From: Candidatus Omnitrophota bacterium
GTDB taxonomy: Bacteria; Omnitrophota; Gorgyraeia; B26-G9
NCBI GenBank assembly: GCA_043826565.1
Contig: JBDRPX010000035.1
Coordinates: forward strand, 31,299 to 95,298
Length of the DNA stretch: 64,000 nucleotides
Reading direction: 5' to 3'
A model generated the notes under the pieces. It was not told the DNA's origin. It did no database searches and saw nothing but the letters and a program-made list of their open reading frames with translations. Below, piece by piece: positions 1 to 9,003 of the stretch; the stretch's first letter is position 1; every line of letters starts with the position of its first letter. The translations under genes were made by a program, and so were the position numbers.

Positions 1-747
1 TTCCGCGTCTAAAAGAACCATGCCGCCGTTAGCTTCTAATGTTCCTAGGTTCTTTATCGCATCGGTTATCGGATTGCCATTTCGATCTAATATCGTCGAA
101 GCCACTTCTTTATCAATCGCTATAGAGATCATCCCGCCACTGGCAATATCTAATGTTACCGCGTCGCCGCAGGCTAAAGCGATTGTCCCCATCGGAGCAA
201 TGATCGTACCTTTGTTCTCTATACCACCGGCGATCAATACACCAAATCCGCCTTCACGAATATTAATTGTGCCTTCATTAAGCAAAAGCATATCCGCTAA
301 CTGGTCCGGATTTTTCTCAAATACATAATTACCGCTTAAGAAATTACTATTGGTAATATCTCTGGTTGAAGCAATTAATGATCCGGCATCAACAACCGCG
401 TTCGGACCAAAATATAATCCCGCTTCATTTATCAGGATCAGCCGGCCGTTACAGGTTAAATTACCAAGTAATAAACTTGGATTAGCGGATAGAACTCTAT
501 TTAATATTTCATCATTGAGATACGGCAGATTAATGATTACAGATTCTCCCGGTCCAATATTAAACGTAGCATAGTTAATAATTGATTTATCTGTGGCATT
601 AATTTGCAGTGTGGAAGAATTCGGATGTGAAAATTCAACGTCACCGTTGACCACCTCTGAATACTGTGGTAAAGCTAAAGCGCTGACATTAGCTGAATAT
701 ATAATAAAAATATTCAGCAAGATTATTGCTGTGAACTTTTTTAACAT
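1..747 (-). CDS. Partial (5'-end only; extends off the left edge) two-partner-secretion exoprotein / filamentous haemagglutinin N-terminal (haemagglutination-activity, TPS) domain protein
   Basis: Reverse-strand translation from the ATG at 745-747 reads MLKKFTAIILLNIFIIYSANVSALA (signal peptide). It is followed by ...NATDKSIINYATFNIGPGESVIINLP...NRVLSANPSLLLGNLTCNGRLILINEAGLYFGPNAVVDAGSLIASTRDITNSNF..., which is the canonical TPS-domain motif series (NxxG..LINxNGI.FG..A.V..G.LiAST). Confidence 0.75.
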   Translation of the reverse strand, partial: MLKKFTAIILLNIFIIYSANVSALALPQYSEVVNGDVEFSHPNSSTLQINATDKSIINYATFNIGPGESVIINLPYLNDEILNRVLSANPSLLLGNLTCNGRLILINEAGLYFGPNAVVDAGSLIASTRDITNSNFLSGNYVFEKNPDQLADMLLLNEGTINIREGGFGVLIAGGIENKGTIIAPMGTIALACGDAVTLDIASGGMISIAIDKEVASTILDRNGNPITDAIKNLGTLEANGGMVLLDAE

Positions 748-780
748 CTCTTTTACGCCCCCGTAAAACATTGGCTAATA

Positions 781-819
781 AAACAAAAAACCCATTCTTT
801 ATTAAATCTAGAATGGGTC
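781..819 (-). terminator. Rho-independent terminator-like hairpin (ACCCATTCT / AGAATGGGT stem) followed on the minus strand by UUUUUUGUUUU; lies 34 nt upstream of the TpsA-like start codon
   Basis: Perfect 9-bp inverted repeat at 790-798 and 811-819. Plus-strand A-run at 781-790 gives a U-run 3' of the stem on the minus strand. Confidence 0.6.
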
Positions 820-828
820 ACATTTTTT

Positions 829-922
829 CTTCGGCAACTGACTGCCTTTCCGCCACAATGCTTGGCGGATTAAGGCTCTTGAGTTTTGTGCCCCATCCTT
901 TCGGATAGTTTACCTTTTCGTG
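829..922 (-). ncRNA. Candidate GEMM-like (c-di-GMP-I-type) riboswitch aptamer in the leader of the TpsA-like gene
   Basis: Minus-strand RNA reads CACGAAAAGGUAAACUAUCCGAAAGGAUGGGGCACAAAACUCAAGAGCCUUAAUCCGCCAAGCAUUGUGGCGGAAAGGCAGUCAGUUGCCGAAG. The architecture parallels the Vibrio Vc2 aptamer: GG(Y)AAAC junction, a GAAA-tetraloop hairpin (AUCC-GAAA-GGAU), GGGCAC....AGCC, a second hairpin (CCGCCA-agcauug-UGGCGG), and ...UUGCCGAAG followed by the terminator at 781-819. Confidence 0.4.
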
Positions 923-1099
923 AACTAATATTATATTATAAAAGAACTAATTTCCTTATATATAAAGTATAACATATATATAATTATAATACTAATTATT
1001 GAGTAAAAAAAATAGGCCATAACATATCACTATAGAACAAGTTACGAAAGAAGCTTAAAAAAAGCAATCGTTAATTTAATAACTATACAAAATTGTTAA

Positions 1100-1144
1100 A
1101 TCTTTAACAACAAAACGCGGACAGGATTAATTCCCATCCGCGTT
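1100..1144 (-). terminator. Hairpin (AACGCGGA / TCCGCGTT) with a downstream U-rich tract just after the rpsA stop; probable rpsA terminator
   Basis: 8-bp inverted repeat at 1114-1121 and 1137-1144. The minus strand then reads UUUUGUUGUU. Confidence 0.5.
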
Positions 1145-1167
1145 AAATTTGTTATTTTTAGATCTTC

Positions 1168-2829
1168 CTACGATGTCTCTTTCATACTTAAACCGACTTT
1201 TCTCTGTTCATTATCGATTTTAACAATTTTTGCTTTTACTTTGTCATCAACCTTAAAAGTATCTTCCAGTTTCGCTGAAGCTTCAATATTTAATTCTGTA
1301 ATATGCACCAAACCTTCTAATTCTTTTTCAATTTCAACAAAGATCCCAAAAGTTGTAACTTTCGTAATTGTCCCTTCAATTTCTGTACCAATCGGGTAAC
1401 GCTCTACGATTTCCGGCCAAGGATCATCCGTAGCCTGTTTTAGCCCCAATGAGATCTTATGGTTTATCTCATCAACACTCAGGATAACAATTTCTACTTT
1501 TTGACCTTTTTTCAGAAACTCCGCAGGGTTATTCACTTTCTTGGTCCAGGAAATATCAGAAACGTGAATCAATCCATCTATACCTTCTTCGAGCTCAACA
1601 AATGCGCCGTAATCAGTAAGATTTCTCACTCTACCTTTTACTTTCGTACCCGTAGCATATTTACCGCTAATGCCCTGCCAAGGATCTGTTTCCGTTTGTT
1701 TAATCCCTAAAGCGATCTTCTGATTATTCGCTTCAAGATTTAAAACTACCGCCTCAACAATATCACCAATAGCCAGCATTTCCGAAGGATGGCTGATTCT
1801 TCTGACCCAGGAAAATTCTGAAATATGAATTAGCCCCTCAACCCCCTTTTCAAGCTCAACAAAAGCGCCGTAAGGAACAATGTTAACTACTTTCCCTTTT
1901 ATTTTTGAGCCGACAGGATATCTTTCTTCAATTCCCTGCCAAGGACTTTCGGTTTTCTGTTTCAAGCCAAGTGATATTTTTGTATTTTCTTTATTGATGT
2001 CCATGATCACAACATCAATCTTGTCTCCGATCGCCACCATTTCCGAAGGATGGCTGATTCTCCCCCAGCTCATATCCGTAATATGCAAAAGCCCATCAAC
2101 TCCGCCTAAATCTATGAAAACACCAAAATCAGCAATATTTTTAACTAATCCTGTGCGGACCTGACCTTTGGCTATTTCCTTGAGAAGTTTTGTTTTGCTT
2201 TCTTCTCTTTCCTTCATCAAAAGTTCTCTTCGGGAAAGGACAATATTTTTTCTCGGTTTATTTATCTTAACGATCATAAACTCATATTTATTTCCCAGAT
2301 ACTGATCTATGTTTTGCGCCCCGCGCAAAGAAGCCTGCGATGCCGGTAAAAATGCTTCCAATCCGACATCAACCATCAAACCGCCTTTAACCTTACGAGT
2401 TACTTTTCCTTCAATAATATCACCTTCATTAAAGTTATTGACAATTCTTTCCCATCCGAGAGTACGATCGGCTTTTCGCTTAGAAACGATAACCATTCCA
2501 TTTTCATCTTCTTTAGTCTCAAGCAGAACATTAATCTCTTCTTCCATATTGATATTATCAGGATCATCAAACTCATCAAGAGCGAGAATTCCTTCAGATT
2601 TATAACCAATATCCACCAAAACTTCTTTTTTGGTAATTCCGACAACTCTTCCGGTTATAATTTCGCCTTCAATAAGAGGTTTCACCCCCTGCTCATAGAA
2701 CTTTTCCAACTCCTTAGCAAATTTACTGTCTTTTCGGGGGTCTAATTCCTCGAATAATTCTGTTTTTTTCTTTTTTCGTGACATTTCATCTACTACCTCC
2801 TTTTCTAAAATAAGCCCCGCTATTTGCAT
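1168..2829 (-). CDS. rpsA: 30S ribosomal protein S1
   Basis: 553 aa with repeated S1 RNA-binding domains (e.g. GxV..I...GaFV.l..gveGLlHiSe). Typical length and acidic N-terminal region. Confidence 0.93.
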   Translation of the reverse strand: MQIAGLILEKEVVDEMSRKKKKTELFEELDPRKDSKFAKELEKFYEQGVKPLIEGEIITGRVVGITKKEVLVDIGYKSEGILALDEFDDPDNINMEEEINVLLETKEDENGMVIVSKRKADRTLGWERIVNNFNEGDIIEGKVTRKVKGGLMVDVGLEAFLPASQASLRGAQNIDQYLGNKYEFMIVKINKPRKNIVLSRRELLMKEREESKTKLLKEIAKGQVRTGLVKNIADFGVFIDLGGVDGLLHITDMSWGRISHPSEMVAIGDKIDVVIMDINKENTKISLGLKQKTESPWQGIEERYPVGSKIKGKVVNIVPYGAFVELEKGVEGLIHISEFSWVRRISHPSEMLAIGDIVEAVVLNLEANNQKIALGIKQTETDPWQGISGKYATGTKVKGRVRNLTDYGAFVELEEGIDGLIHVSDISWTKKVNNPAEFLKKGQKVEIVILSVDEINHKISLGLKQATDDPWPEIVERYPIGTEIEGTITKVTTFGIFVEIEKELEGLVHITELNIEASAKLEDTFKVDDKVKAKIVKIDNEQRKVGLSMKETS

Positions 2830-2956
2830 AAAAACAATTTGCGCGACTGATCACTCATACCTGAACACCCGGCATAAATGATGTAACCCCTTATGTTATT
2901 AACTAGTTATAAGGGCCTCTGATTTGAACATATATTATAACAAATAGACATTAGCA

Positions 2957-3592
2957 TTACAAGCAATTTTTACTTTTTAGTTCTCTGATACTCTCGATAA
3001 CCTTATCGGCAAATATCTGATAGTCATTCTTATTCTTCGGGTCAAGCCCCAATCCATCAAAACTCAACGGCGCAGCAAAATGCACACTGATCGGGATAAA
3101 TAATGAGAATTTCTTTTCTTTTGCCGGCAAAGCCAGATCAGTTCCGATAATATATGTCGGCACCACAGCAACTCCTGATTTCGCAGCCAGCATTCCCACC
3201 CCGGACTCAGCGTCTTTTATCTGTCCATTAGTACTTCTCGTCCCTTCCGGAAATACGATTAATGCTTTACCGTCTTTAAGCTTCCCCAGAGATGTGCGTA
3301 TCGCCTTTAAATCCCCCTTACCCCGCTCAACAGGAAAAGCATTAAGCGCACTGATCATTACCCCAAAGAACCCTTTAAACAGATCCCTTTTCGCCAAAAA
3401 ATTCAAAATTCGCGGACTAGCAATACTCAGGACCATCGGGTCTAAATAACTTAAATGATTTGACGCGATAATACATCCGCCTGACTTCGGAACAAATTTT
3501 CTTCCGGTTGCTTTAAAGAAAAAACATATTTTATAAAAACCATGCAAAATAAATCTAACCGATAAATATAGCAATATATTTTCTTTATTCAT
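2957..3592 (-). CDS. plsC: 1-acyl-sn-glycerol-3-phosphate acyltransferase
   Basis: ASNHLSYLD (HxxxxD) and FPEGTRS acyltransferase motifs; 211 aa. Confidence 0.88.
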   Translation of the reverse strand: MNKENILLYLSVRFILHGFYKICFFFKATGRKFVPKSGGCIIASNHLSYLDPMVLSIASPRILNFLAKRDLFKGFFGVMISALNAFPVERGKGDLKAIRTSLGKLKDGKALIVFPEGTRSTNGQIKDAESGVGMLAAKSGVAVVPTYIIGTDLALPAKEKKFSLFIPISVHFAAPLSFDGLGLDPKNKNDYQIFADKVIESIRELKSKNCL

Positions 3593-4244
3593 TTTTTATA
3601 TATCCAAAAATTTTATCTACAACTTCCCGAATACTTAATCCGGTGCTGTCAATTAAAACAGCATCTTCTGCCTGTTTTAACGGCCCGCTGGTTCTGGTCT
3701 TATCCCTTTGGTCACGATCTTTGATTTGCTGTACCAATTCCGGGAAATTTACCGGCATTCCCTTTTCCTGGAGTTCTTTGCTTCGGCGCTGTGCCCTTAC
3801 TTGAACATCCGCATCTAAATAAAATTTCTTATCCGCCTTGGGAAAAACAACCGTTCCGATATCCCGGCCCTCCATAACAATATCACTATTATGACCATAC
3901 TCTCTTTGCCAATGCACCATCACTTCCCGTATCTGGGGAATCCCGGCAACTTTAAATACAGCATTAGTCAATTCCGGCGTACGAATTTCCTGGGAGACAT
4001 CTTCTCCATCGAGAAAAACTTTTTCTCCCCCATCTTCTGTTTGTTTTAAGGTTATTTGCGTACGCATTGCCAACTCAACAAGTTTTTCAATCATTTTAAA
4101 ATCAACCTTAGAACGCAGTACTTTTAAAGTAAATGCCCGGTACATCGCTCCGGTATCAATATATAAAAATCCAAGCTTCTTCGCCAGTTGGCGAGCTATT
4201 GTACTTTTGCCTGCTCCGGCAGGCCCATCAATACAGATAATCAT
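3585..4244 (-). CDS. cmk: Cytidylate kinase (the ORF track extends it to 4310; the start is more likely the ATG at 4242-4244 giving MIICIDGPAGAGKST)
   Basis: P-loop IICIDGPAGAGKSTIARQLAKKLGFLYIDTGAMYRA is a typical Cmk N-terminus. The upstream extension MPQWRMNSLSFVILISEQKGYF has no homology. Confidence 0.88.
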   Translation of the reverse strand: MIICIDGPAGAGKSTIARQLAKKLGFLYIDTGAMYRAFTLKVLRSKVDFKMIEKLVELAMRTQITLKQTEDGGEKVFLDGEDVSQEIRTPELTNAVFKVAGIPQIREVMVHWQREYGHNSDIVMEGRDIGTVVFPKADKKFYLDADVQVRAQRRSKELQEKGMPVNFPELVQQIKDRDQRDKTRTSGPLKQAEDAVLIDSTGLSIREVVDKIFGYIKNE

Positions 4245-4326
4245 AAAATATCCTTTTTGCTCGGAAATTAAAATAACAAAGGATAAGGAATTCATCCTCC
4301 ATTGCGGCAATCCCTTATCCTAAAGC

Positions 4327-5208
4327 TTATCCAATAGAGTCGCGTTTTTTCTTAGCCTTAACCAATAACTGTGTAAATGCAGACTCATTATTTGCTGCCA
4401 ACGCCTTTTTCATATATTGCAATTCTTTTTCAAAAAATCGGATACTCTCTAAAATCGCCTGACGATTACTAAAAGAAATATCCCGCCACATTTCCGGGCC
4501 GCCGGAAGCTATGCGAGTTGTATCTTTAAATCCGCTCGCGGCATATTTTAAATAAACCTTATTAGTGCTATCTACAAGTGCGGCCGCTATAATATGCGGC
4601 AAATGACTTATCTGCGCAACGATCCGATCATGATCAGACGGATCAACCAAAACAATTCTTGCTCCTAAGCTCTCCCATAATTTCTTCACACGACTTAATG
4701 CATTTTTATTGGTTCTTTTTGTTTTACTTATAAAACATATCGCGTTTTTAAACAAAGCAATATCTGCGTTAACAACCCCTAATTTTTCAGATCCAGCCAT
4801 GGGATGGGTTCCAATAAAATTTACGTTGACCGGTAAATGCTTTTGCGCGGTATCAACTATTTCCTTTTTCGTACTTCCGACATCAATAACTATAGCTCCT
4901 TTGGCAAGCTTATTCTTAATTTTCAGTATGGTCTTCTCTATCACTCTTACCGGAGTAGCTAAAATTACCAAATCAGCGCCCAAAACTGCTTCTTCTACAT
5001 CCATTGTTCCGTAATCAATCGCCTGCTTTTCTATTGCATTTTCTAAACTCTTACTATGCCTGGTAACACCCACCACACATCGTGATAATTTCTTTTTCTT
5101 TAAAACCATCCCGATTGAACCACCGATTAATCCACTACCAACAATAACTGTTTTATTGAATTTTTTCATCATCATCTTCTCTACTTCTTGATCACAGTCC
5201 CAAGCCAC
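4327..5208 (-). CDS. tyrA: Prephenate (or arogenate) dehydrogenase; true start probably one of the MMMKK methionines near 5169-5175
   Basis: Rossmann motif VIVGSGLIGGSIG, ...ADLVILATPV..., and a dimerisation/PDH C-terminal domain; 293 aa. Confidence 0.85.
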   Translation of the reverse strand: MAWDCDQEVEKMMMKKFNKTVIVGSGLIGGSIGMVLKKKKLSRCVVGVTRHSKSLENAIEKQAIDYGTMDVEEAVLGADLVILATPVRVIEKTILKIKNKLAKGAIVIDVGSTKKEIVDTAQKHLPVNVNFIGTHPMAGSEKLGVVNADIALFKNAICFISKTKRTNKNALSRVKKLWESLGARIVLVDPSDHDRIVAQISHLPHIIAAALVDSTNKVYLKYAASGFKDTTRIASGGPEMWRDISFSNRQAILESIRFFEKELQYMKKALAANNESAFTQLLVKAKKKRDSIG

Positions 5209-5386
5209 AAGCCTCAGGTCACAAGTTAAAACAAAAATACCTTTTTTCTCGAGTTTTCCTATCAGCGATGAACCTTTTTATTGTCATTTAGCTTTTAGTC
5301 TTTAGTTTCTTCTTTCTTCTTTTGCTTTTACTTCTTTCTGCTTTCTGCTTTTTAACTTGCAGCCTGTGACCTGCAACCTGTAACTT

Positions 5387-6400
5387 TTACACTGTTCTGC
5401 CGACAGCTTGAGCAATTTCTCCTACTTCTTTAACAAGTTTTTCAAAATTAACAGGATTCAAAGACTGCACCCCGTCTGAAGAAGCTTCCTCAGGCGCAGT
5501 GTGAACCTCTACAAGTAACCCATCACTACCAGCAGCTATTGCTGCCTTACTAACCGGGGTCACTAGCCCCCATTTACCGGTAGCATGGCTAGGATCAACA
5601 ATAATCGGCAAATGGCTAAGCTGCTTTATCACCGGCACCGCATTAATATCACAAGTATTTCTGGTATAAGTTTCAAAAGTGCGGATACCCCGTTCGCACA
5701 TGATCACATTAAAATTACCTTCGCTTAAAATATATTCCGCGCTCATTAAAAATTCTTTAATCGTAGACATCATCCCCCGTTTTAAAACAACCGGATGATT
5801 TGACTTCCCGACTTCTTTAAGCAGATTAAAGTTTTGCATATTCCGTGCCCCGATCTGCATAATATCCACATATTTAATCATTAATTCTACATCACGAGGA
5901 TCCATAATCTCGGTAACCGTAATCAGATTGAATTCATCAGCAACCTGCTTCATTATCTTAAGCCCTTCTTCTCCTAAGCCCTGGAATGAATAGGGAGAAG
6001 TCCTCGGTTTAAAAGCTCCGCCGCGCAATACGGTTGCCCCTAATCTCTTAACCTCTTTGGCAATTCCGTGCAAAGTTTCATAACTCTCTATCGCGCAAGG
6101 CCCGGCCATGATCACAATTTTTTTTCCGCCGATTTCCAGACCCTTAACTTTTATAACGCTGTTTTCCGGCTTAAATTCCCGGGAAACAAGTTTATATGGC
6201 GCTAATACCGGAATAACTTTCTCAACACCGGAAAAAGCTTCCAAAGGCTGAACCCGGACAACATCTTCTTCTCCGATAACTCCGATAATTGTCCTCTCGA
6301 CACCCTCGGAAACCATTGTATTCAATCCTAAGGAGTGAATTTTGTCAATTACTCTCTTCTTCTCTTCTTCAGTAATTTTCGGTTTAAGTACAATGATCAT
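5387..6400 (-). CDS. aroF: 3-deoxy-7-phosphoheptulonate (DAHP) synthase, class I-beta (KDO8PS-like) with an N-terminal ferredoxin-like regulatory domain
   Basis: 337 aa. An N-terminal ~70-aa ACT/FL-like domain (MIIVLKPKITEEEKKRVIDKIHSLG...) is followed by KPRTSPYSFQGLGEEGLKIM... and the DAHPS/KdsA barrel motifs, as in the Thermotoga-type enzyme. Confidence 0.85.
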   Translation of the reverse strand: MIIVLKPKITEEEKKRVIDKIHSLGLNTMVSEGVERTIIGVIGEEDVVRVQPLEAFSGVEKVIPVLAPYKLVSREFKPENSVIKVKGLEIGGKKIVIMAGPCAIESYETLHGIAKEVKRLGATVLRGGAFKPRTSPYSFQGLGEEGLKIMKQVADEFNLITVTEIMDPRDVELMIKYVDIMQIGARNMQNFNLLKEVGKSNHPVVLKRGMMSTIKEFLMSAEYILSEGNFNVIMCERGIRTFETYTRNTCDINAVPVIKQLSHLPIIVDPSHATGKWGLVTPVSKAAIAAGSDGLLVEVHTAPEEASSDGVQSLNPVNFEKLVKEVGEIAQAVGRTV

Positions 6401-6422
6401 TTTTTAGGCTCCTTAATTTGTG

Positions 6423-7556
6423 TTAGCAAATTAACCTCGAACCGGCAAAGGTGAGAGGTCCTTCTTTTTTTAACAGTTTTTTAAATTCGCGCATAAATAA
6501 TTTATTTTCTTTCATTGATCCGATGGTAACCCGGATAAAATTTTTCAATCCCCAACCGGACATTTCCCGGACAATAATACCCTTCTGAAGCAGCTGCTGA
6601 TATATTGCCGTACTTTTTCTGCCGGCATTAAACAAAATAAAATTGGTTACACTGGGAACAAAAAATAATTTCAAAGCTTTAAATTCACCTGTCAAATATC
6701 TCATCCCCTCGCGTACGACCTTTTTTGATTTTTCTATATGCTTTTTATCTTCTAAAGCTGCCTCCGCAGCTGCCTGAGCCAAAGAGTTTGCGTTAAACGG
6801 TTCTCTGACCTGATTTAAATATCCGGAGATTTCCTTACTCGCCGCTGCCCAGCCGATACGCAAACCTCCCAGACCATATATTTTAGAAAATGTCCGGCTG
6901 ACAATAATATTGCCTTTTCGCAGATATTTCATTGTATCGGGATAATCTTTAACGCTGACATATTCAAAATAAGCTTCATCAAAAAATACAATAACATTTT
7001 CAGGCAATCCTTTTAAAAAATTCTCAACTTCTATTCTGTTGACATAACTTCCCGTCGGGTTATCCGGGTTGGCAATAAAAATCAACTTTGTTTTTGATGT
7101 GATTTTCGCTTTCATCGAAGCGAGATCATAACGAAATGCTTTTAGCGGAACACTTATTATGCGGGCATCACTCAGTTTTGCCGCCAGTTTATATATCAAA
7201 AAAGTTGGATCAGCAACAATTACTTCTTCACCTTTATTAACAAACGCCCTCAGTGCGAGAACAATCAATTCATCTGAGCCGTTTCCCACAATTATGTTTT
7301 CCGCCTTAAGCTTATATTTTTTTGCTAAAGCTTTTTTCAAATAGAAAGATTCCCCATCCGGATAACGGTTAATTTCGACTAAGGACTTTTTAATCGCAGC
7401 AACCGCGCGAGGAGAAGGCCCCAGGCTGTTTTCGTTGGAAGCCATCTTGTAAACTGTTTTAAGGTTCAATTCACGCTTAAGCTCAGATATCGGTTTTCCC
7501 GGTTTATACGGTTTTATTGTTACAACACACGGCCTTACTAAGTCTTTAATACCCAT
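6423..7556 (-). CDS. hisC: Histidinol-phosphate aminotransferase family protein; in this context possibly the aromatic aminotransferase
   Basis: NENSLGPSP...YPD motif; PLP-lysine region TFSKIYGLGGLRIGW; 377 aa. Confidence 0.85.
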   Translation of the reverse strand: MGIKDLVRPCVVTIKPYKPGKPISELKRELNLKTVYKMASNENSLGPSPRAVAAIKKSLVEINRYPDGESFYLKKALAKKYKLKAENIIVGNGSDELIVLALRAFVNKGEEVIVADPTFLIYKLAAKLSDARIISVPLKAFRYDLASMKAKITSKTKLIFIANPDNPTGSYVNRIEVENFLKGLPENVIVFFDEAYFEYVSVKDYPDTMKYLRKGNIIVSRTFSKIYGLGGLRIGWAAASKEISGYLNQVREPFNANSLAQAAAEAALEDKKHIEKSKKVVREGMRYLTGEFKALKLFFVPSVTNFILFNAGRKSTAIYQQLLQKGIIVREMSGWGLKNFIRVTIGSMKENKLFMREFKKLLKKEGPLTFAGSRLIC

Positions 7557-7570
7557 TACTATTTACTCCA

Positions 7571-7890
7571 ATTATTAAGGTTCTTTCTTGTTTAAGTTGA
7601 ATAAAAGAACCTGATTTACCGCCAAGTATTTCCTCTCGAAGCAGCTATTGGCGAGTTCTCGCCGTGGGCCGCTTCAGAGATGTAACTCGGCGGACATAGA
7701 TTTTCAAAAGATTACAGAGATACTAATATATCTAATTGTCGACACTAAAACTGCTTCTTAAGTTACATTGTCCAATCGGTATAATCAGTTTTTTAATCAC
7801 TGTAATCAGGGTCATTCTTGTTTTTATATGATCTCTGTACTTTTATTGTGTTACAGAAATTATCCCACTTCAAATAAGAATGACCCATTA
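7571..7890. repeat. Intergenic repeat element, copy 1 (pheA-hisC spacer), containing two conserved hairpins: GGTTCTTT/AAAGAACC (7579-7611) and GGGTCATTCTT/AAGAATGACCC (7809-7886)
   Basis: Shares ordered blocks with 25561-25770: GGTTCTTTC..GAAAGAACCTGATT, AGATTACA..GATACTAATA, GTAATCAGGGTCATTCTT and AAGAATGACCC. Copy 1 has an extra ~75-bp internal insertion. Confidence 0.55.
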
Positions 7891-9003
7891 TTAACGATCA
7901 TACATTTTTTGTACAGTATGCGGATAAGAGCCAAGTATCTTTAAAAAATAGCACTTTTTCTCCAGCTTATCCAATGCTTTTTTTACAATAATATCATTTT
8001 TATGCCCTTCCATATCCATAAAAAAGTAATAATCCCAAACTTTCTTTTTTGAAGGACGTGATTCAATTTTGGTCAGATTTATTTTCGCTGCTTTAAACGA
8101 AAGCAGCATATCATGCAAAGCACCAACCCGGTCTTTAATGGAAAAAACTACCGAAGTCTTATCCTTGCCTGTCTGTTTTGCTTCATTCTTACCGATCACT
8201 AAGAATCGGGTCATATTATGCGGGCTATCTTCGATTGACTCAGCTAAAACATTAAGTTTATAAACCCTGGCAGCCAAACTGCTGGCAATCGCGGCGCTGC
8301 CTTTTTCTTTTTGAGCAATCTCTGCCGCTCTCGTTGTACTCGATGAATCTATTAATTCTCGTGTCGGCAAATTGCTTTCGAGCCATAAACGGCACTGACC
8401 GAAAACCTGAGATTTGGAATATATGCGTTTTATCTGATTTAACGGACATTTGGCCATTAAATTATGAGAAATATCCAACAAAATCTCCGAGCAAATTTTT
8501 AGATCTGAATCAACCAGCATATCCAAAGTATGATTTACCGCGCCTTCAATGGAATTCTCTACCGGGACAACTCCATAATCACAATTACCGCGCTCTACTT
8601 CACTAAAAACATCGGTTATAGTGTTTGCCGGCTTATATTCAACCTGAGAACCGAATTTTTTCAAACCGGCAAGGTGAGTAAAAGTAGCCACCGGTCCAAG
8701 ATAAGAAACTCTCATCGGTTTTTGAAGCATAATTGTTCCCGACATAATTTCCCGGAATACAGCCATTAACGCTTCATTAGACAGCGGCCCTTTGTTAAAT
8801 TTTTTAATATTATTATATACCTGCTGTTCACGAGCCGGCATATATACAGTTTGTTTAAACTGCTCTTTTAATTTACCAATATCAATCGCTTTGCCTGTAC
8901 GTTTATTTAGAATTTCGATAAGCTGTTTATCAAGGATATCAATCGCCTTGCGCAATTTTGGAATGCTTGTCCTGAGATTGGCTTTCTTCTGGTTCTGCTT
9001 CAT
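7891..9003 (-). CDS. pheA: Bifunctional chorismate mutase / prephenate dehydratase (P-protein)
   Basis: N-terminal chorismate-mutase helix (LRKAIDILDKQLIEILNKR), a PDT domain (VSYLGPVATFTHLAGLKKFG), and a C-terminal ACT domain; 370 aa. Confidence 0.9.
   Translation of the reverse strand: MKQNQKKANLRTSIPKLRKAIDILDKQLIEILNKRTGKAIDIGKLKEQFKQTVYMPAREQQVYNNIKKFNKGPLSNEALMAVFREIMSGTIMLQKPMRVSYLGPVATFTHLAGLKKFGSQVEYKPANTITDVFSEVERGNCDYGVVPVENSIEGAVNHTLDMLVDSDLKICSEILLDISHNLMAKCPLNQIKRIYSKSQVFGQCRLWLESNLPTRELIDSSSTTRAAEIAQKEKGSAAIASSLAARVYKLNVLAESIEDSPHNMTRFLVIGKNEAKQTGKDKTSVVFSIKDRVGALHDMLLSFKAAKINLTKIESRPSKKKVWDYYFFMDMEGHKNDIIVKKALDKLEKKCYFLKILGSYPHTVQKMYDR

Noticed and set aside
20-574. Plus-strand ORFs of 102 and 74 aa at the left edge
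   Set aside because: They are antisense to the TPS-domain gene, which has strong motif support on the minus strand. Their products are low-complexity.
3585-4310. 22-aa N-terminal extension of cmk
   Set aside because: The extension has no homology. An ATG with an AAGGA-like SD gives the canonical MIICIDGPAGAGKST start.
8258-8449. 63-aa minus-strand ORF inside pheA
   Set aside because: Out-of-frame nested ORF. pheA in the main frame has full-length homology.
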